DNA of 62,067 nt, filler included, from Limisphaerales bacterium (GTDB lineage Bacteria > Verrucomicrobiota > Verrucomicrobiia > Limisphaerales > SIBE01): NCBI GenBank assembly GCA_044225505.1. It is 5 parts of 5 records of this genome, joined end to end, with 100 filler letters (N's around TTAATTAATTAA, not from the genome) between each part and the next. Parts side by side here need not be neighbours in the genome. Positions count along the whole stretch, not along the records: positions 27,605 to 54,894 come from JBGAIN010000111.1; positions 54,995 to 57,391 come from JBGAIN010000338.1; positions 57,492 to 59,885 come from JBGAIN010000339.1; positions 59,986 to 62,067 come from JBGAIN010000341.1; 1 more part is not named here. The stretch is one strand, 5' to 3'. The position numbers were made by a program, and so were the translations under genes. The notes under the pieces are model-generated. The model was given only the letters and a program-made list of their open reading frames with translations. It was not told the DNA's origin and did not search any database. Shown here piece after piece: positions 52,601 through 61,234 of the stretch (the stretch's first letter is position 1; each line of letters begins with the position of its first letter).

Positions 52601-52875
52601 TCACGGGTCGGGAATCTCGTCCCTTGCCAGATAGTGGGGTAGCGAGCGCCACTGGTCGCGCCTTCCTGGGATGGTACCGTAAGTGCATTGAGTTTAATGC
52701 CCAGGAAATCGTCCTGGCATTAAATCAACGAGTGGAGGCTCTCAAGCGGGTCCTTCCCGAAGCGGGTCAGATTCTCGAGATGGCGCTCTCAGAAGCCACG
52801 GAAAGCCCCGAGGTAGCGGCTGGTGTGGCGGGAGACATTAAGAACGTGAGCGCACCTCTGGCCGTCACAGAATAA
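49681..52875 (+). CDS. Double GT2 glycosyltransferase with TPR repeats
   Basis: VSAIVSTY...IIVVDS...NTDD; LTVCVITKNEERFIGQCL...VVDTGSTD...DDFSAARN...LDADE...GRVHEQ...HHGY; TPRs. Confidence 0.9.
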   Translation: MALMIHHAAGERLKRIDASAGGKTPADIRLELANLLAIYPTFAPAWDRLAQAWEAAGGFTEALPCRENAVAANTCDVQQWIKLARLHHHHLGNSDLAIKALNRALAVDPKNADVIALLVNIKQGGKDLSSSGIGRRQGPLVSAIVSTYKSERFLRGCLEDLEAQTIADQLEIIVVDSHSPQNERAIVEEFQKRYSNIVYLRTETRETIYGAWNRGVQVARGKYLTNANTDDRHRRDALEVLAQTLELNPDVTLVYADSLITTTENETFETAHPIGSYRWLEFNARDLLTKGCFCGPQPMWRREAHDEYGYFDPTMTSAGDYDFWLRLAQTRRFLHVRETLGLYLKSSQSVEHANREAANQEVTLAQERYRDAILFGKPPFRPSLQAPVVEQAPRAPVAPKPAPSVARIGELTKARESFGRKDYRAAWDFTREAIQQRPFHPEGFLLLAEIALVAGDGNAARESAQRAHDLAPKWNAPRQFLRKPLKGATHQFDVKKLSPASSPRLTVCVITKNEERFIGQCLKSVQALSHQIVVVDTGSTDRTVEIARAHGAEVHSFVWCDDFSAARNAALEHVTGDWVLMLDADEELASDAQALLRQHLANSAVIGWRLPIVDVGREAEGCSYVPRLFRNAPGVHFIGRVHEQAFASLGPLGEEWGMDLRLGEATLKHHGYTHEVTRSRGKVERNLRLLTQALEEAPNDPQLHMQIGLELARSGCETEALERYRESYRLLSKMPSSQVVPELRETLLSQFCTRLVMAKQYSEIAEVLTSQFARGHGGLTASLHFALGLAWVELQKFPDAAEHFDLCLKKRSKKSLCPVNADIFTSAPHHCLALSQARLRDPKAAEKSFQSALKEPGMLLPIRLDYARFLQDQDRAIDALRCLHEAIQENPQSSEAWLLGGQIALSRPQMLEFACDWTGEAVRHLPEDSALLAQRAEALLLSNALPQASAAWERLAAANPQPPTLAAQIVCDLVTGRESRPLPDSGVASATGRAFLGWYRKCIEFNAQEIVLALNQRVEALKRVLPEAGQILEMALSEATESPEVAAGVAGDIKNVSAPLAVTE

Positions 52876-53266
52876 TCTAATAGGTTAAATTATTTGCTGG
52901 ATGTTTTGATCCGCCACCGGCAACCTGAAAGCCAAGCGTAGTCGCTCCTTGTGGAGCGATTCTGGCCGCCCTGGTTCCCCGGGGTGGCCTTTTTGCTTTC
53001 TCTGACTCGCTTCACTGGAACGTGGGTTTCAACCCGCAGCAAGCCCCCTGTCGGATCCGTAGCTGCCGAAGTCGTGAGGCGGAATCCCCGCGAAAGTGGG
53101 CCTTCATTTCCGCTTCCTGATCTCGGCGGCTACAGCTCAAAAGACGCCTAGCCGCGTGTTGAAGAAATTCGGCTATCGGTTCCCGCCGATCGGGTCGCCA
53201 CAAATGTTCATTCGCATTTTGGGAATGACCGCACTACAGTTTTCCCACCAGATCCTGAACCTGTTT

Positions 53267-54463
53267 ATGAATTTACGGACGCTCTCGCTTTACTTCACTT
53301 TGCTTGGCCCAGTTTCCGCCTGGGCCGCCGGCCAGCAACTCCAATTTCGGACGGTCGAAATCGATCGGCGAGTGGAGATCGGTTACGGAGTCGCAATTGC
53401 GGATGTGGACGGGGATGGAAAGCTCGACGTCCTCCTGGCGGACAAACGCCAGTTTGTTTGGTATCAAAATCCGGACTGGCACAAGCATGTCCTGGCGGAA
53501 AATCTGACCAAGGCCGACAATGTGTGCATCGCCGCGGCGGATCTTGACGGCGATGGCAAGGCCGAGGTCGCGGTGGGCGCGGAGTGGAATCCTGGGGATA
53601 CGGTCAATAGCGGCGCCGTCTTCTACCTGGTGCCCCCTTCCGACCGCACTCAGCGGTGGGAAGCGGTTCGCCTGGCGCACGAGCCAACCGTGCACCGCAT
53701 GCGTTGGGTCTTGAACGCCGCCGGCAAATACGACCTGGTGGTCGTCCCGCTGCACGGTCGCGAGAATAAAGGGGGCCAAGGTGCTGGGGTGCGAATTCTG
53801 GCTTACAAAATGCCAAGCGACCCGCGCCAAGTCTGGACAACCGAATTGATCGACGATTCCCTCCATCTCACGCACAACTTTCTCCCGTTGCCATGGGATG
53901 GAGACCCTGCGCAGGAGTTGTTAGTGGCAGGGAAAGAGGGTGTATTCCTTTTCGATCGTCGGGATGCGAAATGGGAGAAAAGCCAGTTGGCCGGGATGGG
54001 CCCGGACTCGACCGATTTTTCCGGCGCCGGCGAGATCCGCGCGGGGACCTTGCCCGGTGGACAACGCTTTTTCGCCACCATCGAACCGATGCACGGAAAT
54101 AAGTTAGTCGTCTACACCCCTCCGGACCCCAAAAGCGACAACCGGCTCTGGCACCGTCGGGTTCTCGATGAATCCCTGGTGGATGGCCACGCTTTGGCCT
54201 GCGCCGACCTTGTCCATGCGAGCTCCGATCAAATCGTGGTCGGTTGGCGGGCCATGGGCAAACCGGACGCCCGAGTTGGAGTGCGTGTTTATACGCCGCG
54301 CGATGGTCAAGGGGTGGCCTGGGATCAAACCCTGGTCGACGATAACGGCATGGCCTGCGAAGACATCGCTGTTGCCGACCTGAACGGCGATGGCCGCCCG
54401 GATCTCATCGCTTCGGGCCGCGCCACGAAAAACCTCAAGATCTACATCAATGAGAGTCGTTGA
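53267..54463 (+). CDS. Secreted FG-GAP/VCBS-repeat beta-propeller protein
   Basis: Signal peptide; ADVDGDGKLDV, ADLDGDGKAEV, ADLNGDGRPDL repeats. Confidence 0.85.
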   Translation: MNLRTLSLYFTLLGPVSAWAAGQQLQFRTVEIDRRVEIGYGVAIADVDGDGKLDVLLADKRQFVWYQNPDWHKHVLAENLTKADNVCIAAADLDGDGKAEVAVGAEWNPGDTVNSGAVFYLVPPSDRTQRWEAVRLAHEPTVHRMRWVLNAAGKYDLVVVPLHGRENKGGQGAGVRILAYKMPSDPRQVWTTELIDDSLHLTHNFLPLPWDGDPAQELLVAGKEGVFLFDRRDAKWEKSQLAGMGPDSTDFSGAGEIRAGTLPGGQRFFATIEPMHGNKLVVYTPPDPKSDNRLWHRRVLDESLVDGHALACADLVHASSDQIVVGWRAMGKPDARVGVRVYTPRDGQGVAWDQTLVDDNGMACEDIAVADLNGDGRPDLIASGRATKNLKIYINESR

Positions 54464-54759
54464 GCCCGTTTTTGTTTATCCGGTTCCCGCGCGGGGCGAA
54501 GGGATTGGCTTCCGGCAGTGCTCCGCCTCAAGTTCAAGCGGGCTCAAGTTGAGAGCAAGATGCTCTCTACGGGTCAGTTCCTCTATTTTCTAAGGCTCCA
54601 GCGCTCCGCTAAAGGGTCTTTTCCCGGCGCACCGTAGCCAACACTGCATGCCGGAGGCATGAATGAGAATAGCTCGGACGCTTTAGCGCCGAGACCCCAA
54701 GCGACCGATACCGATTAGCCCCGAAAGGGGCGGCCGTCTTGGTAAGCTGCGGCTTGTGG

Positions 54760-54894
54760 GACGCCAACCCATGCCATTCCGTCGGCGGGATCTATCACGT
54801 GACTCATCGGTGCCACAACCGAGTGTTTCTGTTGAAGTTTGCCGGAGACCGGGACGCCTACAGGACATTCTCCGCCAGCCCCCTGAAGTGTTAC
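54760..54894 (+). mobile_element. Y1 (IS200/RAYT-like) tyrosine transposase N-terminal fragment, cut by the contig end
   Basis: GGIYHVTHRCHNRVFLLKFAGDRDAY matches the N-terminal pattern of RAYT-type transposases; HUH and Tyr motifs are not visible. Confidence 0.6.
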
Positions 54895-54994
54895 NNNNNN
54901 NNNNNNNNNNNNNNNNNNNNNNNNNNNNNNNNNNNNNNTTAATTAATTAANNNNNNNNNNNNNNNNNNNNNNNNNNNNNNNNNNNNNNNNNNNN
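54895..54994. other. Artificial contig linker
   Basis: N-run + TTAATTAATTAA + N-run. Confidence 0.98.
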
Positions 54995-55744
54995 GCTTAA
55001 GAGTAAATCCTGAACCAAATTTGCGCAGATTAGTGTGTAGCGCCGGCCGCGCACGGGGCGCACCGGTAACTTGGTTAGGTCGGCTTTGCGCAATTCCAGG
55101 CGCCCTTCCACGCGGTTCTTCCGAGCATTCGCCGTCGCCACCCGGACGGCCAAGGCGTCGTTGTCAAACGCGCGCACGGGAGCGTAACCCAACTTAACTG
55201 CCGCAATCGCAAGGATTCCCGATCCTGTCCCGATGTCCAGAAACGACTCCGGATGTCCCGTTTTCCGCGCGCCCACGAGCGCTTCCAAGCAGAAGGCCGT
55301 TGTCGCGTGCTGCCCAGTTCCAAAACTCAAACCGGGATCCAAAGTCACCAGTGCCTGACCCGGACGCAATCGCCGTTTACTCCAACTCGGCCTGATGAGC
55401 AACGCGTGGCCAATCTCGATCGTCTTAAAATACTTTTTCCAGGAGGTTGTCCAATCTTCTCGCGGAACCTTCTGAATTCGAACTTTGGGACGACCAATTT
55501 CAAGCCCGCAATCCGCGATCAGGCGAAGTCCGGCCGTGAGAGCCTTGCGTTGTGCCTGAATACTCTCAACACGACGGTAAGAATAGACGGTTGCCACGCT
55601 CTGGACCTCTGATTCGGGAGCGTAGATCGAGGCGATTTCTCCAAAAACGCGTTCCAGTAAAGCTGCGGTCGCTTCTTCAGCCTCCCGGGGGATCGTGACC
55701 GATATCTGCCAGAGTGGGCCTTCTTTTATGCGCTGTCTCGCCAT
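54995..55744 (-). CDS. prmA: Ribosomal protein L11 methyltransferase (3' truncated)
   Basis: EDWTTSWKKYF, LDPGLSFGTGQHATT, LDIGTGSGILAIAA, ICANL. Confidence 0.93.
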
Positions 55745-56394
55745 GGGGTAAAATTGAGGAGCTGAATTTCTATTTTAGTTGGGAGCCAATCGACGATGCT
55801 GACACTCGCATATTCGATATCGAAACTGTCCATCCGTCGCAAAGGCAAATCGAGCATCAGACTCAGCAACATCCGAGTGACACCTCCATGACAGACGACG
55901 GCCAGCGTTCGCCCGGGACCCGCCTTGAGAATTTCCCGCAAGGCTCTCTGAACGCGTTCACGAAAGTTCTCGAACAGCTCGGCTTCCTGGATTTTGCCGC
56001 GCTCTAGCTGGTCTAGCCAATCAAAGGCGCTCACACCGAATCGCGTTTGGATCTCATCCCAGCCACATCCAGTCCAGGCGCCAAAATCGACTTCGCGAAG
56101 TTCAGGGAGAACAACTGGCTCTCTCGATTGGTAGCGGAGAATCGCGTCCAAAGTTTGTCGGACTCGCTTCATAGGACTAACGTAAATCCCGTCAAAAGGA
56201 ATTCGTTGGGGACTAACGTAAATCCCGTCAAAAGGAATTCGTTGGAGATACCGGCCCAGGGCATTGGCTTGCTCCTGTCCGAGGGGCGACAGTTCCATAT
56301 CGATCCGACCGCCAAAAACACGGTGGTAACGCTCTTCCACCTCTCCGTGCCGGATAAGGCAAAGCCGAATGGGCGAATCCATAAGCGCAACCAC
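55726..56394 (-). CDS. Histidine phosphatase (phosphoglycerate mutase/CobC-like) family protein
   Basis: LIRHGE, SP..R..QT, LREVDFGAW, VVCHGG; carries a 12-aa tandem duplication. Confidence 0.9.
   Translation of the reverse strand: MVALMDSPIRLCLIRHGEVEERYHRVFGGRIDMELSPLGQEQANALGRYLQRIPFDGIYVSPQRIPFDGIYVSPMKRVRQTLDAILRYQSREPVVLPELREVDFGAWTGCGWDEIQTRFGVSAFDWLDQLERGKIQEAELFENFRERVQRALREILKAGPGRTLAVVCHGGVTRMLLSLMLDLPLRRMDSFDIEYASVSIVDWLPTKIEIQLLNFTPWRDSA
56174..56245. repeat. Perfect 36-bp tandem duplication
   Basis: GGACTAACGTAAATCCCGTCAAAAGGAATTCGTTGG x2. Confidence 0.95.
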
Positions 56395-56396
56395 GT

Positions 56397-57155
56397 CTAG
56401 AGAGGACGGGAGGCTATCGCCTGAGTCTGAAGTGCGAAAACCTGTTGTAGCCCGTGCTTACCCAGCGAAAGCATCGATGCGAGGTCGGCCTCTGTGAACG
56501 TTGCTTCTTCACCCGAACCTTGGAGTTCGATAAACTCTCCGGAGCTGGTCATGACGAGGTTCATATCGACTTCTGCCGCCGCGTCCTCGCTGAAGCAGAG
56601 GTCGAGCAGTGGTTGACCGGAAACCACGCCGACGCTGACTGCGCCGACTTGATTCACGACCGGGTCTTGGCTCAAGCGTTTCTCTCCGATGAGCCGTTCC
56701 ATAGCTAGCCGGAGCGCCACATAGGCCCCTGTGATGGAGGCTGTCCGAGTCCCACCGTCCGCCTGCAAAACATCGCAATCCACCCAGATCGTGCGGGAGC
56801 CGATCAGTTCCAGATTGACTGCCGCTCGGAGCGACCGCCCGATCAGCCGTTGGATTTCAACCGAGCGGCCGTCCAATTTTCCTTTGCTGATATCGCGCGG
56901 CTTGCGCTGCATCGTTGAGTAAGGGAGCATAGAATACTCCGCTGTAATCCATCCGCCCGAAACCCCTTGATCCTTCATCCAACGCGGGACTCCTTCCTCT
57001 ACCATCACGGCGCAGAGCACCCGTGTATTTCCCCACTCGACCAGCGTTGAACCCGTGGCGTTCGGGGCGATGTGGTTTTGGAACCGAATCGGGCGCAATT
57101 GGTCTCCAGTTCGGCCATCGCCACGCAGGACTGCAGGACGCAAAGGTTCAATCAT
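56397..57155 (-). CDS. rph: Ribonuclease PH
   Basis: GWITAEYSMLP, GRSVEIQRLIGRSLR, DCDVLQADGGTRTASITG, EDAAAEVDMN. Confidence 0.96.
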   Translation of the reverse strand: MIEPLRPAVLRGDGRTGDQLRPIRFQNHIAPNATGSTLVEWGNTRVLCAVMVEEGVPRWMKDQGVSGGWITAEYSMLPYSTMQRKPRDISKGKLDGRSVEIQRLIGRSLRAAVNLELIGSRTIWVDCDVLQADGGTRTASITGAYVALRLAMERLIGEKRLSQDPVVNQVGAVSVGVVSGQPLLDLCFSEDAAAEVDMNLVMTSSGEFIELQGSGEEATFTEADLASMLSLGKHGLQQVFALQTQAIASRPL

Positions 57156-57204
57156 CGCGGGAATCGTAGGGAGGTCGAACCTGCGGAGCAATGGCGAATT
57201 CTAC

Positions 57205-57391
57205 CTAGTGTGGTGACCGCTAAGTCCTTGCACTTTCGCGGTGAGGGTTTTTGCGCGCCCGCAAGGCGCGAGCGAGGCGCAGACCCGTTGCGGTCTGTAA
57301 CGAGCGAGGAACGCGGCGGGCGCGCGAAAGAACCGCCGCCCAAAGGGTTGCGCTGAAAATGGGTCCTGGCTTCGTTGCTCCTCGGTCAGGG
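57205..57391. mobile_element. MITE-like/structured repeat, family A, copy 2 (right end cut by the contig end)
   Basis: Homologous to 1-170; begins CTAGTGTGGTGACCGCTAAGTCC. Confidence 0.7.
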
Positions 57392-57491
57392 NNNNNNNNN
57401 NNNNNNNNNNNNNNNNNNNNNNNNNNNNNNNNNNNTTAATTAATTAANNNNNNNNNNNNNNNNNNNNNNNNNNNNNNNNNNNNNNNNNNNN
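57392..57491. other. Artificial contig linker
   Basis: N-run + TTAATTAATTAA + N-run. Confidence 0.98.
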
Positions 57492-57634
57492 CCAGGATCG
57501 CGGGATTTATCCCGCAGGAATGTCCGCAGGCACGACCGCGATCGCGAAGGATTCGAGCGCTGCTGGCCGCATCGGACGGTCCGGCGGACTCAAGTCCGCG
57601 CGCCAACAAAGGGTGGTACTGTCGAGATGCACCC
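57492..57634. mobile_element. MITE-like repeat, family B (contig start)
   Basis: 57492-57631 is the exact reverse complement of 59986-60125; ends with the TIR GGTGGTACTGTCGAGATGCACCC. Confidence 0.7.
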
Positions 57635-57713
57635 ACAGATGGGTATATGCTGGAGGCCTATGCTCCGAACTATCAGGCCGCAATCGCGTATCGCTGCGGT
57701 TGCTCTTTTCCGC

Positions 57714-59372
57714 TCACGTCGAAGACGGGTTGGAGGTTGACATTTGCCACCAACGCCGCCCAGGGGAGGCCTTCTGGGCAAACCGATCGGCCGCGGCCGA
57801 TCGGAACTCGGTCAGAACCTTGCGGCGTGCCCAAACGCCCCAACTCAGAGCCGTGATCAACCCTAGCACTAACCACAGCGCGGGAATCCAATAGGGTTTG
57901 GTTCGGAAATATTCATCGGCACTCATGATGCCGTTCGCCCACACCAACCCGCCAGCGATCACCGCAGGCGGCACAACCACTCGTAAGAGACTCGAGGCGG
58001 CCCCATGCGGCACGTTTCGCACGTGGAGTCCATTCCAGATTCCTAACCAGCCCAGCGCAAAGAGATCGGTGACGGAAAGGATGCAGAAAGCCGCTGCAAT
58101 AAACCAACGCACGAGCGACTCGCGGCCGGAACTCCCTTCGCCGTTCCACGGTCCAAAGATCAGGAATGCGGACAGGCCAAGCGAGGCAACGAAGGGAATC
58201 CCAAGTTTTCTCCGGATGGCTTTCCATTGTCCCGAAACAATCGCGGCCACGGTTAGGGGCGTGGTGATGATCAGATCGAGGGCGCCGCTTTCCTTGTCTT
58301 CTGTAAGCCGCTGGGCGGCGGCGACAGCCACGAACAAGCGCAAGATCAGGCTGACCAGGATCAAACCCACGCCTTGCGCCGCGGCGAAACCTTCCCGGTC
58401 ATCGCGGGCGGACAACGCCCAGAACGCGATGACGCCAATCACGAACATCATCCCGGCGGTCATCGCTCGGCCCCGGCCTGCCAGCCAGTAGTACGGGTTG
58501 GCGTCGAGCATGGAGCGGCGTTGCTCGTCGACAGGCAGAAATCTGCCGACAGGGTTTTCGACCCAACCTTGAAGCATAGGACGGGGAGCCTCCTTCGGTT
58601 GCCAGGAGTGCGGTAGCAACCGTGAAGCTCTGGCTAAAAGGAGAGCAGCGATAACAAATTGGGTGAGCAAGGAGCACCAGTAACTGGGTCCCACCAGTTG
58701 CGCGAGTTTGTAACCAAAGTCGAATGAGGTCATCATCGAGTAAATGGGACTGATCACGCCGGGGTCGAGGAGCAACGCGGACGTCCCTCCCATGGCTTTC
58801 AGCATGAAACTGAATGCCGCGGGCACCCCGGTCAGTAGGAGCATGGCGAGCGATGCGAGATGGGTCGTGACCCGTTGACCTCGGTAAAGTGTCGAGATCA
58901 GAAGACCCATGGAAAGCGAAAGGAAAAGGGTATTCAGAATGACGAGAACCACCCGCCAGAATTCCGCCCCTTTCAATCCTCCCAGGAGCAGCGGCAGAGA
59001 CATGACCGGAAAGGTGGCCAGGAGACCATAGATCGAGCGCAGCGACGTTGCGCAGAGCTTGCCAAAGACGACGTCGTACCCTTTGAGGTCGGTCAGGAAG
59101 AGCAGCCCGAGCGTGTCCTCGCGCTTTTCACTGCTCAGGCAGTCCGCCGTCAGCGCCGCGCCGGCAAAAACTGAATAGGCCAGCGCCAGGTAAGCGAGCA
59201 CGGCGAACACCTGGTGGCCTCCGACGTTGGCCCGCCCAAACCGTTCATAGCTATCAAAGACGAACACCGAGAGGATCATAACAACGACGGCCGCCAGCGA
59301 TCGCGACCAGTACGTTCGCGACGCTCGGGCGGCCACCCGCAGTTCCCTCTCCGCAATGGGCAAAACAATCAT
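57714..59372 (-). CDS. ABC-2-type transporter permease-like membrane protein with two permease modules
   Basis: LPIAERELRVAAR, ADCLSSEKREDTLGLLFLTDL...VVFGKL; second module EDKESGALDLIITTPL. Confidence 0.8.
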   Translation of the reverse strand: MIVLPIAERELRVAARASRTYWSRSLAAVVVMILSVFVFDSYERFGRANVGGHQVFAVLAYLALAYSVFAGAALTADCLSSEKREDTLGLLFLTDLKGYDVVFGKLCATSLRSIYGLLATFPVMSLPLLLGGLKGAEFWRVVLVILNTLFLSLSMGLLISTLYRGQRVTTHLASLAMLLLTGVPAAFSFMLKAMGGTSALLLDPGVISPIYSMMTSFDFGYKLAQLVGPSYWCSLLTQFVIAALLLARASRLLPHSWQPKEAPRPMLQGWVENPVGRFLPVDEQRRSMLDANPYYWLAGRGRAMTAGMMFVIGVIAFWALSARDDREGFAAAQGVGLILVSLILRLFVAVAAAQRLTEDKESGALDLIITTPLTVAAIVSGQWKAIRRKLGIPFVASLGLSAFLIFGPWNGEGSSGRESLVRWFIAAAFCILSVTDLFALGWLGIWNGLHVRNVPHGAASSLLRVVVPPAVIAGGLVWANGIMSADEYFRTKPYWIPALWLVLGLITALSWGVWARRKVLTEFRSAAADRFAQKASPGRRWWQMSTSNPSST

Positions 59373-59715
59373 GGAATCTAACCAGCGCTCCGCGAGCACG
59401 AAGCGGCACCGTGGTGCATTCTAAAATCAGACCGGCAACCCGCTCGACCCTCACGCGACCAAGCTGAAATTCGTTCAGGACGCCGCTATCCGTCAACTCC
59501 CGCTTTGCCCGGGAGCCGCGCGGTCCGGAATAGGGACGCGGCTGCCTCCGCAGGCTCAGCCGCCGTTTTAGGGTTCGTCCAGGGGGTGAGGAGTCTAAGA
59601 AGCCGGACAGAGCTGCGACTGGCGCTGCGCACACAGTCGCGGTCGGCAAGGAATGTCGTCTCACTCCGCGACGCCTGATCATTGACACGGGCTTGGCAAT
59701 GAGAATGAATGAGGC

Positions 59716-59885
59716 ATGCGTTGTTCTTCTCTGTCTCGTCGTGACTTCGTCCGAAGATTGGCTCAGGCGGGGGTGGTTCTAAATGCAGCTCCCACGTTTC
59801 TAACCGCGGCAACGTTGGAAACGGCCGGGCTGCCCAATCGGCTCGTCCAATTTCCGGGACCGTGGGCATTTCAACTGCCGAAGAG
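59716..59885 (+). CDS. Tat-exported protein, N-terminal fragment
   Basis: SLSRRDFVRR twin-arginine motif; truncated by the contig end. Confidence 0.6.
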
Positions 59886-59985
59886 NNNNNNNNNNNNNNN
59901 NNNNNNNNNNNNNNNNNNNNNNNNNNNNNTTAATTAATTAANNNNNNNNNNNNNNNNNNNNNNNNNNNNNNNNNNNNNNNNNNNN
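59886..59985. other. Artificial contig linker
   Basis: N-run + TTAATTAATTAA + N-run. Confidence 0.98.
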
Positions 59986-60146
59986 TGCATCTCGACAGTA
60001 CCACCCTTTGTTGGCGCGCGGACTTGAGTCCGCCGGACCGTCCGATGCGGCCAGCAGCGCTCGAATCCTTCGCGATCGCGGTCGTGCCTGCGGACATTCC
60101 TGCGGGATAAATCCCGCGATCCTGGTGGTACTGTCAAGATACGCCC
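59986..60146. mobile_element. MITE-like repeat, family B (near complete)
   Basis: TGCATCTCGACAGTACCACC...GGTGGTACTGTCAAGATACGCCC imperfect TIRs; internal hairpins GCGGACTTGAGTCCGC and GCGGGATAAATCCCGC. Confidence 0.75.
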
Positions 60147-60230
60147 GGTGCGCTTGGGCGCTTCTGGCAGAACTTGACTTCTAAATCGGTTGCGCAAAGG
60201 TCGAGCGCCCGTGCGAACCGATTCAAGAGT

Positions 60231-61175
60231 ATGAAATGGCTCAAGCGCATCCTGATCGCTATCGTAGGCCTCGCCGTTGTCGGCGCGGGCGTGCAAGTCG
60301 CGCTTCTCTATCTTTTCCCGGAAAAAGTCGCAAGGACTGTAATTGCCGCATGGCGGAAAAGCTCGGGGCTGGTCAGAAAAGAAGTCACGCTCAAGTCGGG
60401 AATCCATTACGTCTTTTTGGAGGGTGGCCAGGGCGAACCCCTTCTTCTGCTGCATGGATTCGGCGCCAACAAAGATGCGTTCCTCCCCATATCCGGACAC
60501 CTCACGCCGCACTTTCGCGTCGTTATTCCAGATCAGATTGGATTTGGCGAATCGGCCCATCCGCCCGATGCGGACTATAACCCCGCCGCGCAGGCCGAGC
60601 GTCTTCGAGAACTGGCGCAGACCTTAGGCATGAACAAACCCCACCTGGGAGGAAGTTCGATGGGTGGGCAGATCGCCATGGCCTATGCGGCATTGCATCC
60701 CGACGAAGTGCCCAGTCTTTGGCTGATGAATCCGGCAGGCGTCTGGAGCGCCCCGCAAAGCGAACTGCTCCGGCTGATTGACGGTAAGCAGGGAAACCCG
60801 CTCTTGGTTCGTAATGAGACCGATTTTGAGAAGTTGCTTTCGTTCACCATGACCAAACCGATGAAACTGCCGAGACCTGTCATGCGCGTGTTCGCCCAGG
60901 AACGAATTCAGAACTTCGCGCTGGAAGAGCGTATCTTCGCCCAAATCCTGGCCTATTCTGTGGAAGAGAAGATTCGCAATCTACAGACACCAACATTGAT
61001 TGCTTGGGGTGACCAGGATAGGACGTTGCATAACGACACGGCCGAAATACTGCGAAAGCTTCTGCCACACTCCGAAGTTCGCCTGATGCCGGGTATCGGT
61101 CATATGCCCTTGGTTGAAGCGCCGAAACAAACGGCGGAGGATTATCTGATGTTTCGAAACTCGCTCAAACCCTAG
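60231..61175 (+). CDS. Alpha/beta hydrolase (lipase/esterase)
   Basis: LLHGFG, PDQIGFGES, GSSMGG nucleophile elbow, WGDQD, GHMP. Confidence 0.92.
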   Translation: MKWLKRILIAIVGLAVVGAGVQVALLYLFPEKVARTVIAAWRKSSGLVRKEVTLKSGIHYVFLEGGQGEPLLLLHGFGANKDAFLPISGHLTPHFRVVIPDQIGFGESAHPPDADYNPAAQAERLRELAQTLGMNKPHLGGSSMGGQIAMAYAALHPDEVPSLWLMNPAGVWSAPQSELLRLIDGKQGNPLLVRNETDFEKLLSFTMTKPMKLPRPVMRVFAQERIQNFALEERIFAQILAYSVEEKIRNLQTPTLIAWGDQDRTLHNDTAEILRKLLPHSEVRLMPGIGHMPLVEAPKQTAEDYLMFRNSLKP

Positions 61176-61234
61176 TCTGAGGCCAAAGCCTCTTGACCTT
61201 CTGGAATAGCCAGGATGGAGCGAGCGAGTTGGCC

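Noticed and set aside
56174..56245. 36-bp direct repeats as a possible CRISPR array
   Set aside because: Two abutting copies with no spacer, in frame inside a CDS, and no cas genes.
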